From assembly GCA_002633005.1 (NCBI GenBank), contig NMRA01000232.1, positions 422,866-486,865 of the forward strand: a DNA stretch of 64,000 bases, in the 5' to 3' direction. This DNA comes from Phoronis australis (lineage: Eukaryota; Animalia; Phoronida). The translations under genes and the position numbers were made by a program. This document shows positions 46,701-60,570 of this stretch, in pieces (position 1 is the first letter of the stretch; each line of letters starts with the position of its first letter). The notes beneath the pieces were generated by a model. That model was given only the letters and a program-made list of their open reading frames with translations. It ran no database searches and was not told the DNA's origin.

Positions 46701-49700
46701 AGGCTTTAACTCTGTGCAAATGCCAGAGAAAAACAATCAATTTGGGTGTAATAACTACCACCATTGTTAAGAAAGTAGTGCCAGCTATTACCTTTCCACT
46801 TCATTAACTCAGATCTACATCAATACAAAGGGCGTGCTGAATAGAGATCGAAAAAGTCGTCTGGGGCTTAGGGACTCAGAGCGATGACCAGTGTAAGCGA
46901 GAAATTCTACACATGGGGTCTTTTTTTAACACGCTGACGCGTCAATGATGCTGTCGGTGTTCTTAAAAGAACCAATCAGTGTTAAGGTTATACATTGTGT
47001 TGACCAACCCAATGGGATCGTCATGTTTTGACGTGGCTTACAATTACAAAGATTGAGCATTTGACACAAAGAAAAAATATAAAAAATGGCCAGCACTGTC
47101 TCACACAAAAACACAACCTACACAATGTCCTGTCTCCACTGAGAAATACAAGTTCATCTTCACTGATTAAGCAAATAGAACCTACAAGAACTCAACAACT
47201 GTGGACACAGCACGTGAGAAAATCATCCAAGGTCACAGACATCAAGTCCTCACAGCGTTGCTCTCGTTTATTTGGATAAACTGTCTTTCGTGTGTAACAT
47301 TTTGACTGTACATGCGACTCTAACGAAGAAGTCACCGTTGTACTTTTGCAGGTCGCTACATGTACATTTCACAGAAAAGACCCGTCACAAGGTGACGCTA
47401 GAGGCGTTCCATAAAATATTACACAATCGCTCCTTTAGTATTTTGAAAACAGTGCAAAAATATTGGAACACTCGAGAGCATGCAGTGAAACTGGTAAAAA
47501 ATCAATGAATGTCTTGCGATGATTTGTGCTTAGTAGTTGAAACCCCATCCTTCTAAACCTGGATTTTAAATTGGCTAAAGAGTATGCTCAAAGTAGCTTA
47601 TAATTTGTCATTTTGCAGTATTTTCAGGCACCTTGTGACGTGAGCAAAAACGAGACAGGAGGGTTAAACGTTGGACTTCTAGATGGCAGGATTGTTCACC
47701 CCAATCAAACTACTTTTAGCACAATTGACATGATGTCCCGTCCCTCAGCGAAGCTCAGTTGAGCCATCTTCCCTCCTCGTCCAATGTAAATTGTCATTTC
47801 ACGCAGTCTACGGACCGCGGCCTGTTTAATTAAGCCGATCTCGAGCCATTTCCTTCCACAGAATATACAACCAACTATGAAAATTGTAGACTTTATGTCG
47901 TTTATCGGGTAATATGAAGGTTGCACCGTAAAGTGGCTTCCTATGTCGAGTTCTTCGATTCCAAGTTACGCGACTATACATGTAGCTGCTAACTTCGTCT
48001 TTTGTAAGGTTTATGTTCATGTGGGCTATATGGTAAACTGTAAATTTGCTTTAAACTGAAACACCAGTGTTGGTTTTATATTCTGTGTTTTCGAATCATT
48101 TTAAATGAATCAAAAATAAATCGCTCCGGAGGTTGGCCACCTGTGTTGTCCGCCTGCAGTCAAATTTTGGCGAGTTCCGGATGAATCACTGCTAGCACGG
48201 ATACTGACAAATAACATTGGTGGTTTATTGGATGAATGTTTGTAAACTGATCCCGGCTCTTTATACAGCGTAGTCGAGGTCGCAACTAGAATCAGACGAC
48301 ATTTTTCATTGTGCTGTTTTTACATGCATGCGACAACATATGTACGTTTTACATGTACATTCATAGGCCTGGTTGGATCTTTGGTGACATTTCTGCTGTT
48401 GGCACTTTCGTCATTTTATAAGTTGTGAAAAAGTAATAATTAAACGATGACTTTTCTTTTGACATCGCCATTTTATGACGTCTTCTACACCTAAATTGTA
48501 TGAACGCTCGGGAAAATGGCGATAATTGAAAATGTTCGAAATCCACGGATTGTTGCACTGCCCATTTAATACCGTATGGCTCAAAGCATGTGATTTTAAC
48601 TACGATAATCAAGAAATTACATTAGAGTGCACTGGATTTCAATCAAGCGAAAGCTGGTGGTGGGAGTCTCAGTGTTCGTAACTGCATTGTGAATAATTTG
48701 ATTTCCTTGCAAGTCATTTAACTCATAATTTGCAATAAAAGACTTAGCGTCTATTCGTTGTTCTAAAGATACTAACGTGGCAAACGTGTTTCTACGAGAA
48801 GAAACAATAACAACATTTGAAACTGCATTTTGTGATCTCTGAGCTCACAAAGTACTACGAAAACTTTGAAGGTATTGAGCTCGACTCAGTTTTGATACTG
48901 CATGTACAAAAATAATACTAGCATGGAACCCCGGATACTGAATCTTATCTTCAAACTCAGGTTCGATTTAGATTCAGACTCGCTAAAGTTCAACCTACCT
49001 ACGCTGCAACATTAGAGTATACATTTGTAAGTTTACTCGAAAAGAGACGTGAAAACGATCAATCTTTGAGCTATGTTTCGAGTAGAGATGAATCCTCCCT
49101 TTGTTGAATAAGACCTACGACGTCATGGACACTAATGCTCTTATTTGCCACTGAGAAAATAAAACTCACCTCTTGTAAAACATTCAATTTTCAGTTGCAT
49201 GTATTGAAGACAGGTATTAAGAGTTGATATGTGCCAAAGCAGCATGTAAGCTTTGACGTCATTCGATCACTGGAGCACTTTATTAGTACACAGATATTTG
49301 AAAAGTGACAGCTCGCGGGGAGAATAATAAACGATAGGGAACACTTTTTGGACAGTTGAAAGTGGCATATGACTCCCATAGTTCTTCAACTGACGTGGGC
49401 AACAAAGGATTTGATTGTAGATATAAATGAAAAGTCTTGGATGCGTTAGCCAATTTATGAAATCCCCAATTTTTTGTTGAAAACATGCCCCGATGTTGGG
49501 TATTTTACTCTGTTTGTGGCAACTGTTCTTACAACTTCACCTTTTTCACGTAAATGGTTTCGAGCAGAAAATGTAAACAATATCTTCACTTCAGAGACTG
49601 CAATGCTATCTTGACATTTTCAAACTTCACTTCACACTTTGCTCCTAATCAGTTACAGAAACAGGACATCTGAACACACGTTATTTGCCTGTGGCCAGTA

Positions 49701-50260
49701 CACCAATACGAAACAATTTCATGATGTTGATAAGAGTCAATTACTATTTGAATAATAATGAAAGTTTCTAACTTGTGCATTCTGCGAACTTGATTTAGCA
49801 ATGCTTCTGAATTGAGGGTTTGAGACAATTTCACACACAAAATTCGCAATCCCAATGGGATGTGTGTGGGCAGGTGATAATTACTACAAACTTTAAGAGC
49901 CAGCGTTGCAATGCATTCATTTTGTGTATCGTAAACAAAGAAACAAGTAGTAATTGCACGATGCATCGCATTCCCCAACCACAAACTATATTAGCGCTAC
50001 TTACCGGTTGGGATTGCAACCACAGCGCCTGGACTTTTATGACTGGCTTGTATTAGGGAACAGAAATGGGTGTCATGGTTAACCGCTGTGTGTGGCAGCA
50101 TTTTCCCCGCCCATTTTAGACACTGGCCGGAAGTCAATAACAGTGCCGCAGCCGAGATTTCGTTGGAAGGCGAATACGAGGAACTGAATTTACCACGCCG
50201 AATAGCAATAAAGAAGAGACATTGAAAACAACTTGGAGTGGAGTTTTTGTAGCGTAGACA

Positions 50261-50470
50261 GATGAATGGGTGCAGCTGTTGTCATCCTTTGGCAAGGTCA
50301 CATGAGACTTCCCTATGTCAATTGGAATTTACACGAGGGTCAATAGAACAGTTGGAAAACGTCCAAAACTGAGCTGTTTAATGTACTAGTCCAGGCTGAT
50401 TTGATGTTCTCCGGCAAACATCACTTTGCGTGGACCTATACTGCCAGTCCTAAGAGGGCAGAACAGTGAC
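50261..50470 (+). pseudogene. Possible decayed death-effector-domain (DED) coding fragment
   Basis: Across frameshifts: EWVQLLSSF / SLCQLEFTRGSIEQLENVQ / ELFNVLVQADLM / SPANITLRGPILPVL; pattern-level resemblance only. Confidence 0.2.
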
Positions 50471-52288
50471 TCACGAACAACTTCACGATCTTCGTGTAAC
50501 AACAAAAACAGAACTAGCAGATTCGATCATTATCTTCATCGATAATGAGAAGACGAACCACTGATGCCTTTTGTGAAGCCTGAGGAAAAGGAAGTTGTCG
50601 AGTTGTAGACTTACCGATATCACACGCGAATGGTTAAAGCGGCATTAGTCTCATAGAAATTGATAAATCAAGTCAACAGAATAATTCCGAAATGACAGCA
50701 AGTTGTCTGTAAAAAGATAACATCGGTAAAGTGACGGACGACGAGGAAGAATCAGTAAGTAACTCCATGGTTCCTGTCCGTACTTTAACCTGACAAACCG
50801 ACAATGAAGACCATTAACGTCTTTGATCTTGCTGCCAAACATCCGGATTTATGCTTGAATGACATCGTGCTCTTTAGGCCAAGCTACAAAATGAATCGTT
50901 CTCTGTACAGTACCTCTGAAGTTTCAACGGCGTCCTGTCGAGTTGATCTCTGACTTCACTGGGATGTGTTAACAGACTGAACATGAACCAAAGGACAGCA
51001 CTGTCCTCAGGCATTTGTGGAGAGAAATGAAAACAGACAAGAAACAAGACGTAGATGAGTGTAACGGTACCAGTTTAGTCTTTGAAAAAAATGTGTCTCC
51101 ATTCTTAGCCCAATTTGTGACCAGGGCAAATGCTATGAAGTACGAAGCAGCAATGACTGTATTAGGCATAGATTAGAGCATCCGCTCTGTTAGTGACACA
51201 CAGATGACATCTGAGAACGCTGCAGCAAAGGACTGGGTTATGTTCCGTGGATTGCAACACATTAGCTTGCAGTTGCGCGAATGATCTTCAGTTATGGAAC
51301 GGAAATATTGAATTCAACCCCACAATTCACCTCTACAACTTCAGCGACCAATCATATCAGTGATCAACATTGTGCATGGCTAGACTACCAAGCTCCCGAG
51401 CTAGTCATTCTTTATGGACAGTGCATAGTCACTTGGAAACAGTAGATTTTGCTTACAATCACAGTATGAGAAATGTCCCGCAGTGGATCTATGATCTGTA
51501 GAATATCAGCTTCATTGACTACGTGCCCAATGCGCTTGTTCATTTTCAGGAATATTTCATTATTAGTAGTCCTGGTTTTTCTCAATGGCTGTTTCGATCC
51601 TTACTCATGTGGCGGCATTTGTAGAAAAAGGCGGATCGTCGCATAGTTAGACTTTCGCTAATGAAGATCGTGTCACCAGTCAGAAGTTTGCATTTTTAAT
51701 AAAACTTAGACGATCCGTGTTATAGATGAATTTACAGATAACGTTTCTACTGTATTTGCAGTCGTTTTTCCTAGTCTATGGGCCCTTCTTATGTTCTTGA
51801 GCATTTTACCAATGATAATGACCTGTAAATAACGTCCTCGTTGTCGTTTCTTTGATTCCGCTTACAACGACAAATGCTCTTCATTAGTATTGTTCTTGAT
51901 AGTCTAGACTAAGTTTGAGTTTATCCACTTAAATCTGTCTTCAAAGGCAATCTTATTGTCTTTGGTACGTATTTCGTCGTGATAATGGTAATATGTGGCT
52001 CAGTAAATTTCGAATATGCATGTAGGGCGTACAATTTTGTCGCCAGTCACAGCTTCTTACTGCTCTCTTCACGCTCCACCATTATCTTAGTTCTGAAATG
52101 TGGCGCTGTATTCTCTGATTCATTTTATGTGGATGAAAAACAATGGATTTCAAACGAGCCGAGATTCACATCCAAACTGAAAAAATTAAAGTTGGGTCTA
52201 CTGTAAAATTACACAAAGCATCCATAAAAGCTACCCCACGTCACGACTAGCCCAAGCTGAATTAAAATCTTGGAACGCCGGAGGTTGA

Positions 52289-52434
52289 CACGGGCGGATG
52301 TATGATTTCGACGGCTACAGGGGCAAACACGATTTTCTGTGAAAAATGCTCATGTAACACTCCGAAAACGGCATGCCGTCGTTTACTGCTTGTTTGTGCT
52401 CGGTAAAGCGGCGAAACCCCTAAATCTGCCTATG
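52289..52434. mobile_element. Short degenerate member of the GGCGGAT/ATCCGCC (hAT-like) MITE family
   Basis: cacgggcggatg ... taaatctgcctatg; no TSD recognisable. Confidence 0.35.
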
Positions 52435-55400
52435 TGTCATCAGCAAGGGCGCACTTAGAATTCTTGGTACCACACTACATAAGCTGCTATTTACGATTTC
52501 TGTCACTCGGGGTTGGAAATAAGGGGGTCCAGACTCATAAGATTTGGAAAAAGACATGTCTAGCTACCCGCACCCCTCGAACTAGCTCATGGTGTCCATA
52601 ATCTGATCGCTCTCCCATGAAATCCTAAATCTGCCCCAATGGTGTCCCCCTTTCTCACCCATTGACGTTTCGCAACATATTCGCTCGTTCGGTGCTCGGT
52701 TTCCTCGGTTACATCATTCAGTAGAGTACAAGGTAGCCTGTCCGTCCTCGCGCTCATCAACCTGGTTTTGGGAGATGCACCCAAGGGTGAGGATTCAACA
52801 AACAAAAGTTGGTGACGACAAGGGTGTTCCACAAACTTTTGCCCAGGAGCTGCAAAAATATTGGGATGACAGAGAAGGGTGACCCACATCAGTGACGCCC
52901 GATCTGGAGCAGCGTAAAATCACTAAGTAGCACAGAGGATGTGAAACAATTTGAAACTCGTGGGTGACGATCGAGGGGAGAGTGCCAAACCGTTGTTTTC
53001 CGTGCCGGGCGACGATAATTCTGGGTGCGACCACTGGTTACTGTACGAGAAAGCTCTTAATTCGTTGGTGCCTTCAGCAAACTGAAATCTTGTACCAGAT
53101 TACTATCTAACGCTGTAGCCAGAATAGGCATCATAGAGCTTTATGTTACAAAGGTGGGTTAACGTTTCACATCGCCGACATCCACCTTTTAATTTACTTT
53201 GCAATATAGAAACAGCAATTGAAATAAAAACTGAGCAAAAAGCAGATGTAGCAGTTTCGTTTTACAACGTGGAGATGGGATACCGATTCTCGATTTTCTT
53301 TTTACAAATTGAAAATAGGATATTGAACAAACTTTGCATTGTCAGTTTTCGTTTTGCATATTAAACATTGGATTAACGGAAAGCACCGTGATTCTTCGTA
53401 CCACTGGTGAATAAACAGCATCGATCGTATCTGAGAGGCATGCTAAAATTAAGCGTGATCATTGATGGGTTTCTGCGTAGTTTATTATGCCCTGAAAATG
53501 TCGTTTCCATGGTTTGTGTACACGGCTATCGTAGTTCACAACAGGTAACAAGCTGCTATGTCTGATCTATTCAACCATTGCCCCTTCTTATAGTTTAGCT
53601 CAGAGCTCACAAGACTAAAAGACCTTGATTAGTGTTTGGAGATTTCTGTGTTAATTGCCAGTGACACAAACGCTTGCGACTAACATTCACGTAGCAGCAC
53701 GCAAATCGCTTCCGAAGAAAATTGGAAAGTTGTACTGTTCTAGACGAGACATCCGGAAAAGAAAATGTTTCACTTTCATGCACGTGAAGTGCCATAAAAT
53801 CTCCGTGGTCATTCTGAGCCATTTTTCGTATTGTCTGCTCACAATCAAACTGTGCAAATCAGGATAATCATATGAACACAGCCATTTCTCTGTGTTCACA
53901 CCATAAGCAATTTCAGTTACAAGTCGTTCTCTGTGGAAATACCCACGAAAGCCTTTCAATATCAATCTTGAGTAAAGGCCTGTCAACAACAGCTGATTTT
54001 TGAATCAGTCGCGCCATACTGAAATTCACTATCCCGCCAGACGGCGATTGAGTCCTTGGTGGATAGGAGATCACAGCAATGTACCTACAGATCCCATGTA
54101 ATGCGGACGGGAGGTTCCAACCAATTTGTATAAACAACATTTTAACACCCTTCTGGCTATCATAATTCTGGCAAGTTTTCTATGATGTGCGGTGGGATGT
54201 ACTAATGGCTTACGGAATAGGCAAACTTCTCGAAATATCCACGGATGAAAGACATCATGTCCAATACATTTCCCGCTGCGAAGAAGAGTCCGCGGCTTCA
54301 TAGTCAGTGGCTGCGACTGATAAAGCGGGATAATTTCGATCCCAGTCCATGTCAAAAACCTAAAATATCAGTGAGCTTAACCTAATCAAACACCGGGAGG
54401 GGTTGACAGTGGGACCTATCCATCTGTTTTTAAATTAATTAACCACTATGTAGGCTAGTAGTGAATATCTGTTCACAAATCTGAAGGCGGGTTAAAGGAG
54501 AAGTCGCTTTCTCGCTCTCATTACTCTGGAGAGCTATTGGCGTCATGTTTTCTTTTGAAAACAATTTTGACAGTTCTTGAGAATTGGAACATTTCGTTGC
54601 TTTACGTGACTTAACGGAAAGGAGAGTGTTTGTTATTTAATTCGCGACCTCACCGACTAGATGACAAGAGAGACGTAAATGTCCTACAATTCTACGGTTA
54701 ACCTTCCGAAGTCATATTGTGTGGTTATTTTTAAAACACACGATAGCTCTTATTAGCCATCGTTGATTTTAGAAATAGGCGACTTCCATACAGTTTTCGT
54801 ACTTCGTATGAGGACTGCGAACGGCAATCGCTTAGTGATTTTTGAGTCTGTCGGTCGTGAGTGAAAAAAGCAATTTGTTTGCCCTTTGACTTAGTTCATT
54901 CATGTGAGTCGTGACTTTCGTCGGTCTTTACTACAAAGAAATGGGAGATGAATCTTAGCAAGGAAATAATGTACTCTTCGGACGCCTATCAATATAACCC
55001 AAGTGGCTGGTAGACATCTGTTTTCTAGCTGGCGGTTCTCCCAGAAGCCAATTTGAACAAGCATGTCTTGATATTTAAGCCTGTTGACATAATGAGGTTT
55101 TGTACACCCTTCGGAAAAAAGATTTGGAGCCCAGTATACCTGTTATTTTTCAAGTCCAAAACCACCACAAACGTGTGAATGATTACAATCTTACCGCGCA
55201 ATAACAAAAATAGTCGCCAATAAAGTGATAAAGTGGATTGGTCGACAATGGTGGAATATTGAGAACTGGGGAAAGTTTCACCGTCCCTGTTTCATTTTTC
55301 TCAGCAAATGCCTGTCTCGCGAGTGTCTTGTCGTAACCTGTCTGTAACTAGATTTTCAAAGACACGCCTGAGAAGGTACATGTAGTTTGTCACTTCGAAC

Positions 55401-55552
55401 ACAACTTTGCCTAAATTTTGCCAACCAAAGCATTATCTCAGAAAGCTGTGGCACCTGAATGAACCAAACTACAGTATGCCCACTGGGTGATGACGAACGA
55501 TGAAAAAGTTGGGTGATGAAATAATTCGGAAATACCAACATAATCCACTTAA

Positions 55553-57241
55553 AGTAGAATGCCACCCGATTTAATTAGTCTTTTTTGCCGTCTTAATCGG
55601 TCTATATCCACTTCGCCTCGCATACAGTCGACCTTACCTTGCCAAGAGGTGTGGCGTTAACCTGTGAGGAAGGTGAGAAACGACGCTAGCGACGTCAGTG
55701 GTTCATATGCAGAGTGAATGCCGCTATGTTGCGGTGCATCGTTCCCGCTTGTCCGAACTAAGCAGCCGCGAGGAAAGTGAGTGTATCGTGTTTTCTTTTG
55801 TTTTTTCTTACTTCATCGAGAGTCCGAAATGCTTAAGAAATGGCTCATGGTAGTGAAGAATGAAATGTACGCTGTAAACAGCAAGTATGAGGCCGTGAAA
55901 CATCTCCGTGTCTGTGGCCTGCAGACGACGTCGACAGTGCCTCACGAATGCCGGCTTACCGAATAACTCCATACGTTCCGTTTTCTGAGCTTGTTCACGG
56001 CGCCTCTCTAGTATTTCTAATTCACTATATTCCTGTTCGAATTGATAGCCTGTAAAACTTAACGATCCATTTGCGAAGTCGGGACTGGTGAGCTCTAGCT
56101 CGTCCTAAGTCGGGATTGTGAGTTGCCATGTTGGCGTTTATTACTAAACGTTCTGTTTCAAAATGAATTATTCTCACCCTAACCAATACTTATATAAAAC
56201 TGAAACAAAGTCTGTCTCATTAGATGCAATTTGTAATGCCTTTGGAGTGTTCGTGAGTGCAAATGATTTGAATAAATCACTGCGTTACCGGCTTTAGGTG
56301 CAATTTTAAAACTAATTGACGGGACATCGAGGCCGTGTGAGCTCATGCTAAATGAATGTTTGCTGGCAGAAGCTGTTGTGAAACAACTCCATTTACATCA
56401 CACGACCAGGTGTTAGGCCAATCTTTATTTACATTTATATTACTCAAATAATGATTGTCAATGTTCAACTTCTGCCCTGACGGTGCTGTGGCCAAAGCGG
56501 AACCTAAATTCGCGGCCCCCGACGAGTACATGTAAGTAGATTTGCAGTTTCGTGGCTAATTCACCAACATTAACAGCTGCACATTACTTTGGCTCACTAG
56601 TATAGTATTTTCTTTACTGGAAGTTTAGTTTCCACTGAACTTTGGCTAGTTTATGTTCGTGATGTGTGATCAGTTTCCGAGCCACTGGCCAGGATAACGA
56701 GTCAATCCGGCAGGCCGCGACGGGCCTGATCGGGCTCCGAGCCACTGGCCAGGATAACAAGCGTTTTGTGTTTAGAACTCAAAAAATCACAAGTCTAAAC
56801 AACACAGATCTAGGTTCTCCTGTCTGTATCTCACGGAAAATATTTCGAAATTATCTCCAAACAGACCCCAAACTCCTGCTACGGACCTTATTGGCCTGCC
56901 GAAATTTGTAGGCTACGGTGTGTCAAAATACCAATAAATCCGTAAGAGCGAAATAAAACAGCACGTTTTTATAAGAAATCGGTGTATTTTTAAGAGTTTT
57001 ACATCGAAGTTTGATGATTTATTGGTGTTAAACGATGACTTCAAGCGATAAGGTGACACCAGTAACCCGTGTTGTGAACTGCTAAACAGACTGCGTTTGA
57101 AACCGATGACATCATTGGATAATTTCAACACCTCCGTCTGCCGTCAGGTGTCAGGTAACGCAACCGTACGTGTCGTCATGGAGTAGAACTGCTCGATCTA
57201 AACTGATACAAATTAGGTTGTTTTTTGGGTGGCATGCTCCT
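55553..57241 (+). mobile_element. Kolobok-like non-autonomous DNA transposon, copy A, with THAP remnant
   Basis: TTAA|AGTAGAATGCCACCC ... GGGTGGCATGCTCCT|TTAA; THAP remnant MLRCIVPACPN*...MLKKWL...LRVCGL at 55726-55925; alignable to copy B over 55553-57070. Confidence 0.75.
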
Positions 57242-59368
57242 TTAAGTCTGTTGTTACTCACGTCGTTTGATTGGAAGTACCTTTGCCGGAAACTTAATGG
57301 CGTGATTTCAGACAGGCCTAAAAAGTAAACCAACCACATTTTGATGTTGAAATGCCTTAAAAGTCGTTTTCAACAGGCGTACTGACGTACATGTACAGTG
57401 TATTTTCGCCGATGGTTTAATTAGCGGAAGCGGAAGCAGACAACGGTGTCTTTTTTGGAATTCGCGAATTATTGTGAAGGACACTCGAGCATACCACAGG
57501 ACGATTATTTTGTAAGCAAGGCAGGCCTCGTGGCAACTGTGAAGGTAGAACATTCTTATTTCCTTTGAAAACCGTGGGTCGACAAAACGTCGAGCAAAGC
57601 TACCAACAAACGTGAGTAACACTGGTTTCTGACTGGTGACATACTGACTGTTCCACAGTTTGTTCATTCAAAACATGCACGGTCACCATTTCTAAAAGGA
57701 ATGCGGCGAATCATTTATTCACTCACTCCATTAACAATGCTTCATGGGTATATGAGCATCGGGAATATTTTTTTCTTCGCGTGCGAGATGATAAAACGTT
57801 ATGATTGAGCGCGCTTCTAAACACCGTTGCGCTTATTGTGACAATTACAAGGTTGAACAAGAGTATTGAAAATAGCACATTTGCTTTTTACAACCAGATA
57901 TCGATGGGGCTGTCTCCATGACGATAGATTTTCGCTGTACTTGTTGAAAATTGGCCGTTTTTAGCAAATCTTCTAATTGTGACATTTTCACAATTGCATT
58001 CCCTACCACAAAATACCAATAAATCACGTTGTTGCTTGGCAACCAATCAGTCACATCCGCCCTTGAGCGAAGAGCGGATTGAAGATGATCCTTCGCTAAT
58101 ACTCTAAAGATCTGATTAAACTGAAGATTGAATTAGTTTCAAGAACGGATTTTCTATCAAAAGAGACGTGAAGCGTATTTTGTTCTTGAGCAGTTGGTGG
58201 AGTTAGCATAGGACTGCCACCTTCGCCGAGAGGAGGCTGAACAGACGGGGACCTCTCCAACACGAAACATGACCACACAGTTTTAAGCCGACATACATGC
58301 ATAAACAGAATGTCTTGGGAACTGTTAAAATCTTGTCATTATTACTTACTTTAGAAATTCTACTATTTGTAGGTGATGTGTAAATAATCTATCATATAAT
58401 AAACGCGAGTTTCGTGAGAATAAACGCTCTTATCTAATTTATATGTAGGCACACTTCATGCTTGAAGCTAATAGCTGTACTAAAAACGCAGTCGACAAGA
58501 CACTTTAACATGATACTCTGGAACTATTTTGTAGTCACCAAGTTAAAACTCGCTGTGTGGACTGAGCTGTGGGATCAAGATAACTGCTCAGTCGTTCCCT
58601 TAAGTCATACAAGCATGTACGTGCAGCGAATGCCAATGGACGATATTTGTCATGTGGTACATGTAGTAGCAGGGCACGGAAACGAACTCATATCATGCGT
58701 AAAAGCTTTCCACCTAATTTAAGCTCCAACCACACTGACAATGTTTAGTGCATGTTACTAAGTGTGCGACTCAGTTTCCATGTTTTTTTCGGTAACTTGT
58801 ACTAAAGATCGTCTGTGGTGATAGGTAGGTACAGTTAGATTTCAGGTTACGAGGTGAGGGTTTTGTGCGTGGTAAAAGTTTTCGAGGTGTTTGTGTTAAC
58901 TAGCAATGGAGTTTGCACATTGGTAAGATTTGGGTTACACCCCCTGAATAGGCAGACGATGTTTGTTGTGAATGACTACGTGGTACGTGTTAATGAAGTC
59001 GAGCCTTATAATGTAGTGACAGTAACTGCCGTCAATCAGTAATCTAGATTAATGAAATGAATTAAGTGAGGTTAGAGACAAAGCATGCTTAAAAAATGTT
59101 AAGGTTGAAATATCCCTGATCTTAGACGTACACTTACTCAAGCAGCCGATAAAAGTGCGTCTGACCCCTTCCCACCTTTTTGAAAGAAAATTTTTCCCTA
59201 GAATTCAGAATGATGTAAAAATGGAAAGACGCTTTGTTATCTGTACTAGTCGTAACACGTTTTTGTGGTCTTAGTATAGTAAGAATACGTTTTTGTCTCT
59301 TCGAAGAACTTCTAGCAAACTATTCACTGTTTGAAAATCCAGAGTGAAACGAATATGCTATGATGACA

Positions 59369-60570
59369 CTAAGAGAAACGTATATCACGAATAATTCTTT
59401 GTTTATAATTGTTGAAAACGATTTCATTTTCGCAGTGGTGTGACGAAGGCTACTGGCTAAGCATAATTGTGTGTCACAAGCTGACATAAACATGAATCAA
59501 ACAGCTTGAGTGAGAATCTATTCCACCAGTGTGCACGGTGTCTGCGAAAGGAGCGACTTCGAATCTGTCATTGGTGGACGACAACGGGCACGAAGATGAA
59601 AACCTCAGACCCATTGGACTGCTTTCAAATAAATGTATTTTGATTGGTACGCTATAGAACAACGTATGTCTCCAACCAACCCGGCACAGCCTTCTCGGTT
59701 GTTGCCCTTTCGTGACCTAATAGGAGATCACATGACACTAAAGATATGCTAAGGAGCTGCCTGAGTTGTCTGGAAGCACCTGTGGACGACAGGGGTGAAA
59801 CGTGCAAGGGCATTCTCCATGTCATGTTGGTGGACAAAGAAATCATACAAAAACAAAGATGGCCAAAAGGGTCCCACTTAAATGAGAATGCCACCCGATT
59901 TAATTAGTCTTTTTACCGTCTTAATCGGTCTATATCCACATCGCTTTTTATACGGTCGACCTCACCNCTAAGAGAAACGTATATCACGAATAATTCTTTG
60001 TTTATAACTATTGAAAACGATTTCATTTTCGCAGTGGTGTGACGAAGGCTACTGGCTAAGCATAATTGTGTGTCACAAGCTGACATAAACATGAATCAAA
60101 CAGCTTGAGTGAGAATCTATTCCACCAGTGTGCACGGTGTCTGCGAAAGGAGCGACTTCTGTCATTGGTAGACGACAACGGGCACGAAGATGAAAAGCTC
60201 AGACCCATTGGACTGCGTTCAAATAAATGTATTTTGATTGGTACAATATAGAACAACGTATGTCTCCAACGGTGAACCAACCCGGCACAGCCTTCTCGGT
60301 TGTTGCCCTTTCGTGACCTAATAGGAGATCACATGACACTAAAGATATGCTAAGGAGCTGCCTGAGTTGTCTGGAAGCACCTGCGTGGACGACAGGGGTG
60401 AAACGTGCAAGGGCATTCTCCATGTCACGTTGGTGGACAAAGAAATCATACAAAAACAAAGATGGCCAAAAGGGTCCCACTTATAGGAGAATGCCACCCG
60501 ATTTAATTGGTCTTTTTTACCGTCTTAATCGGTCTATATCCACATCGCTTCTTATACGGTCGACCTCACC
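59369..60570. repeat. ~600-bp direct duplication joined at a single N (59369-59966 / 59968-60570); likely haplotype assembly artefact
   Basis: Both copies run ctaagagaaacg...cgacctcacc; the junction is the N at 59967; four small indels plus substitutions. Confidence 0.85.

Noticed and set aside
51330-51445. WLDYQAPEL as a protein-kinase subdomain VIII
   Set aside because: No recognisable HRD, DFG or DxWS motifs nearby.
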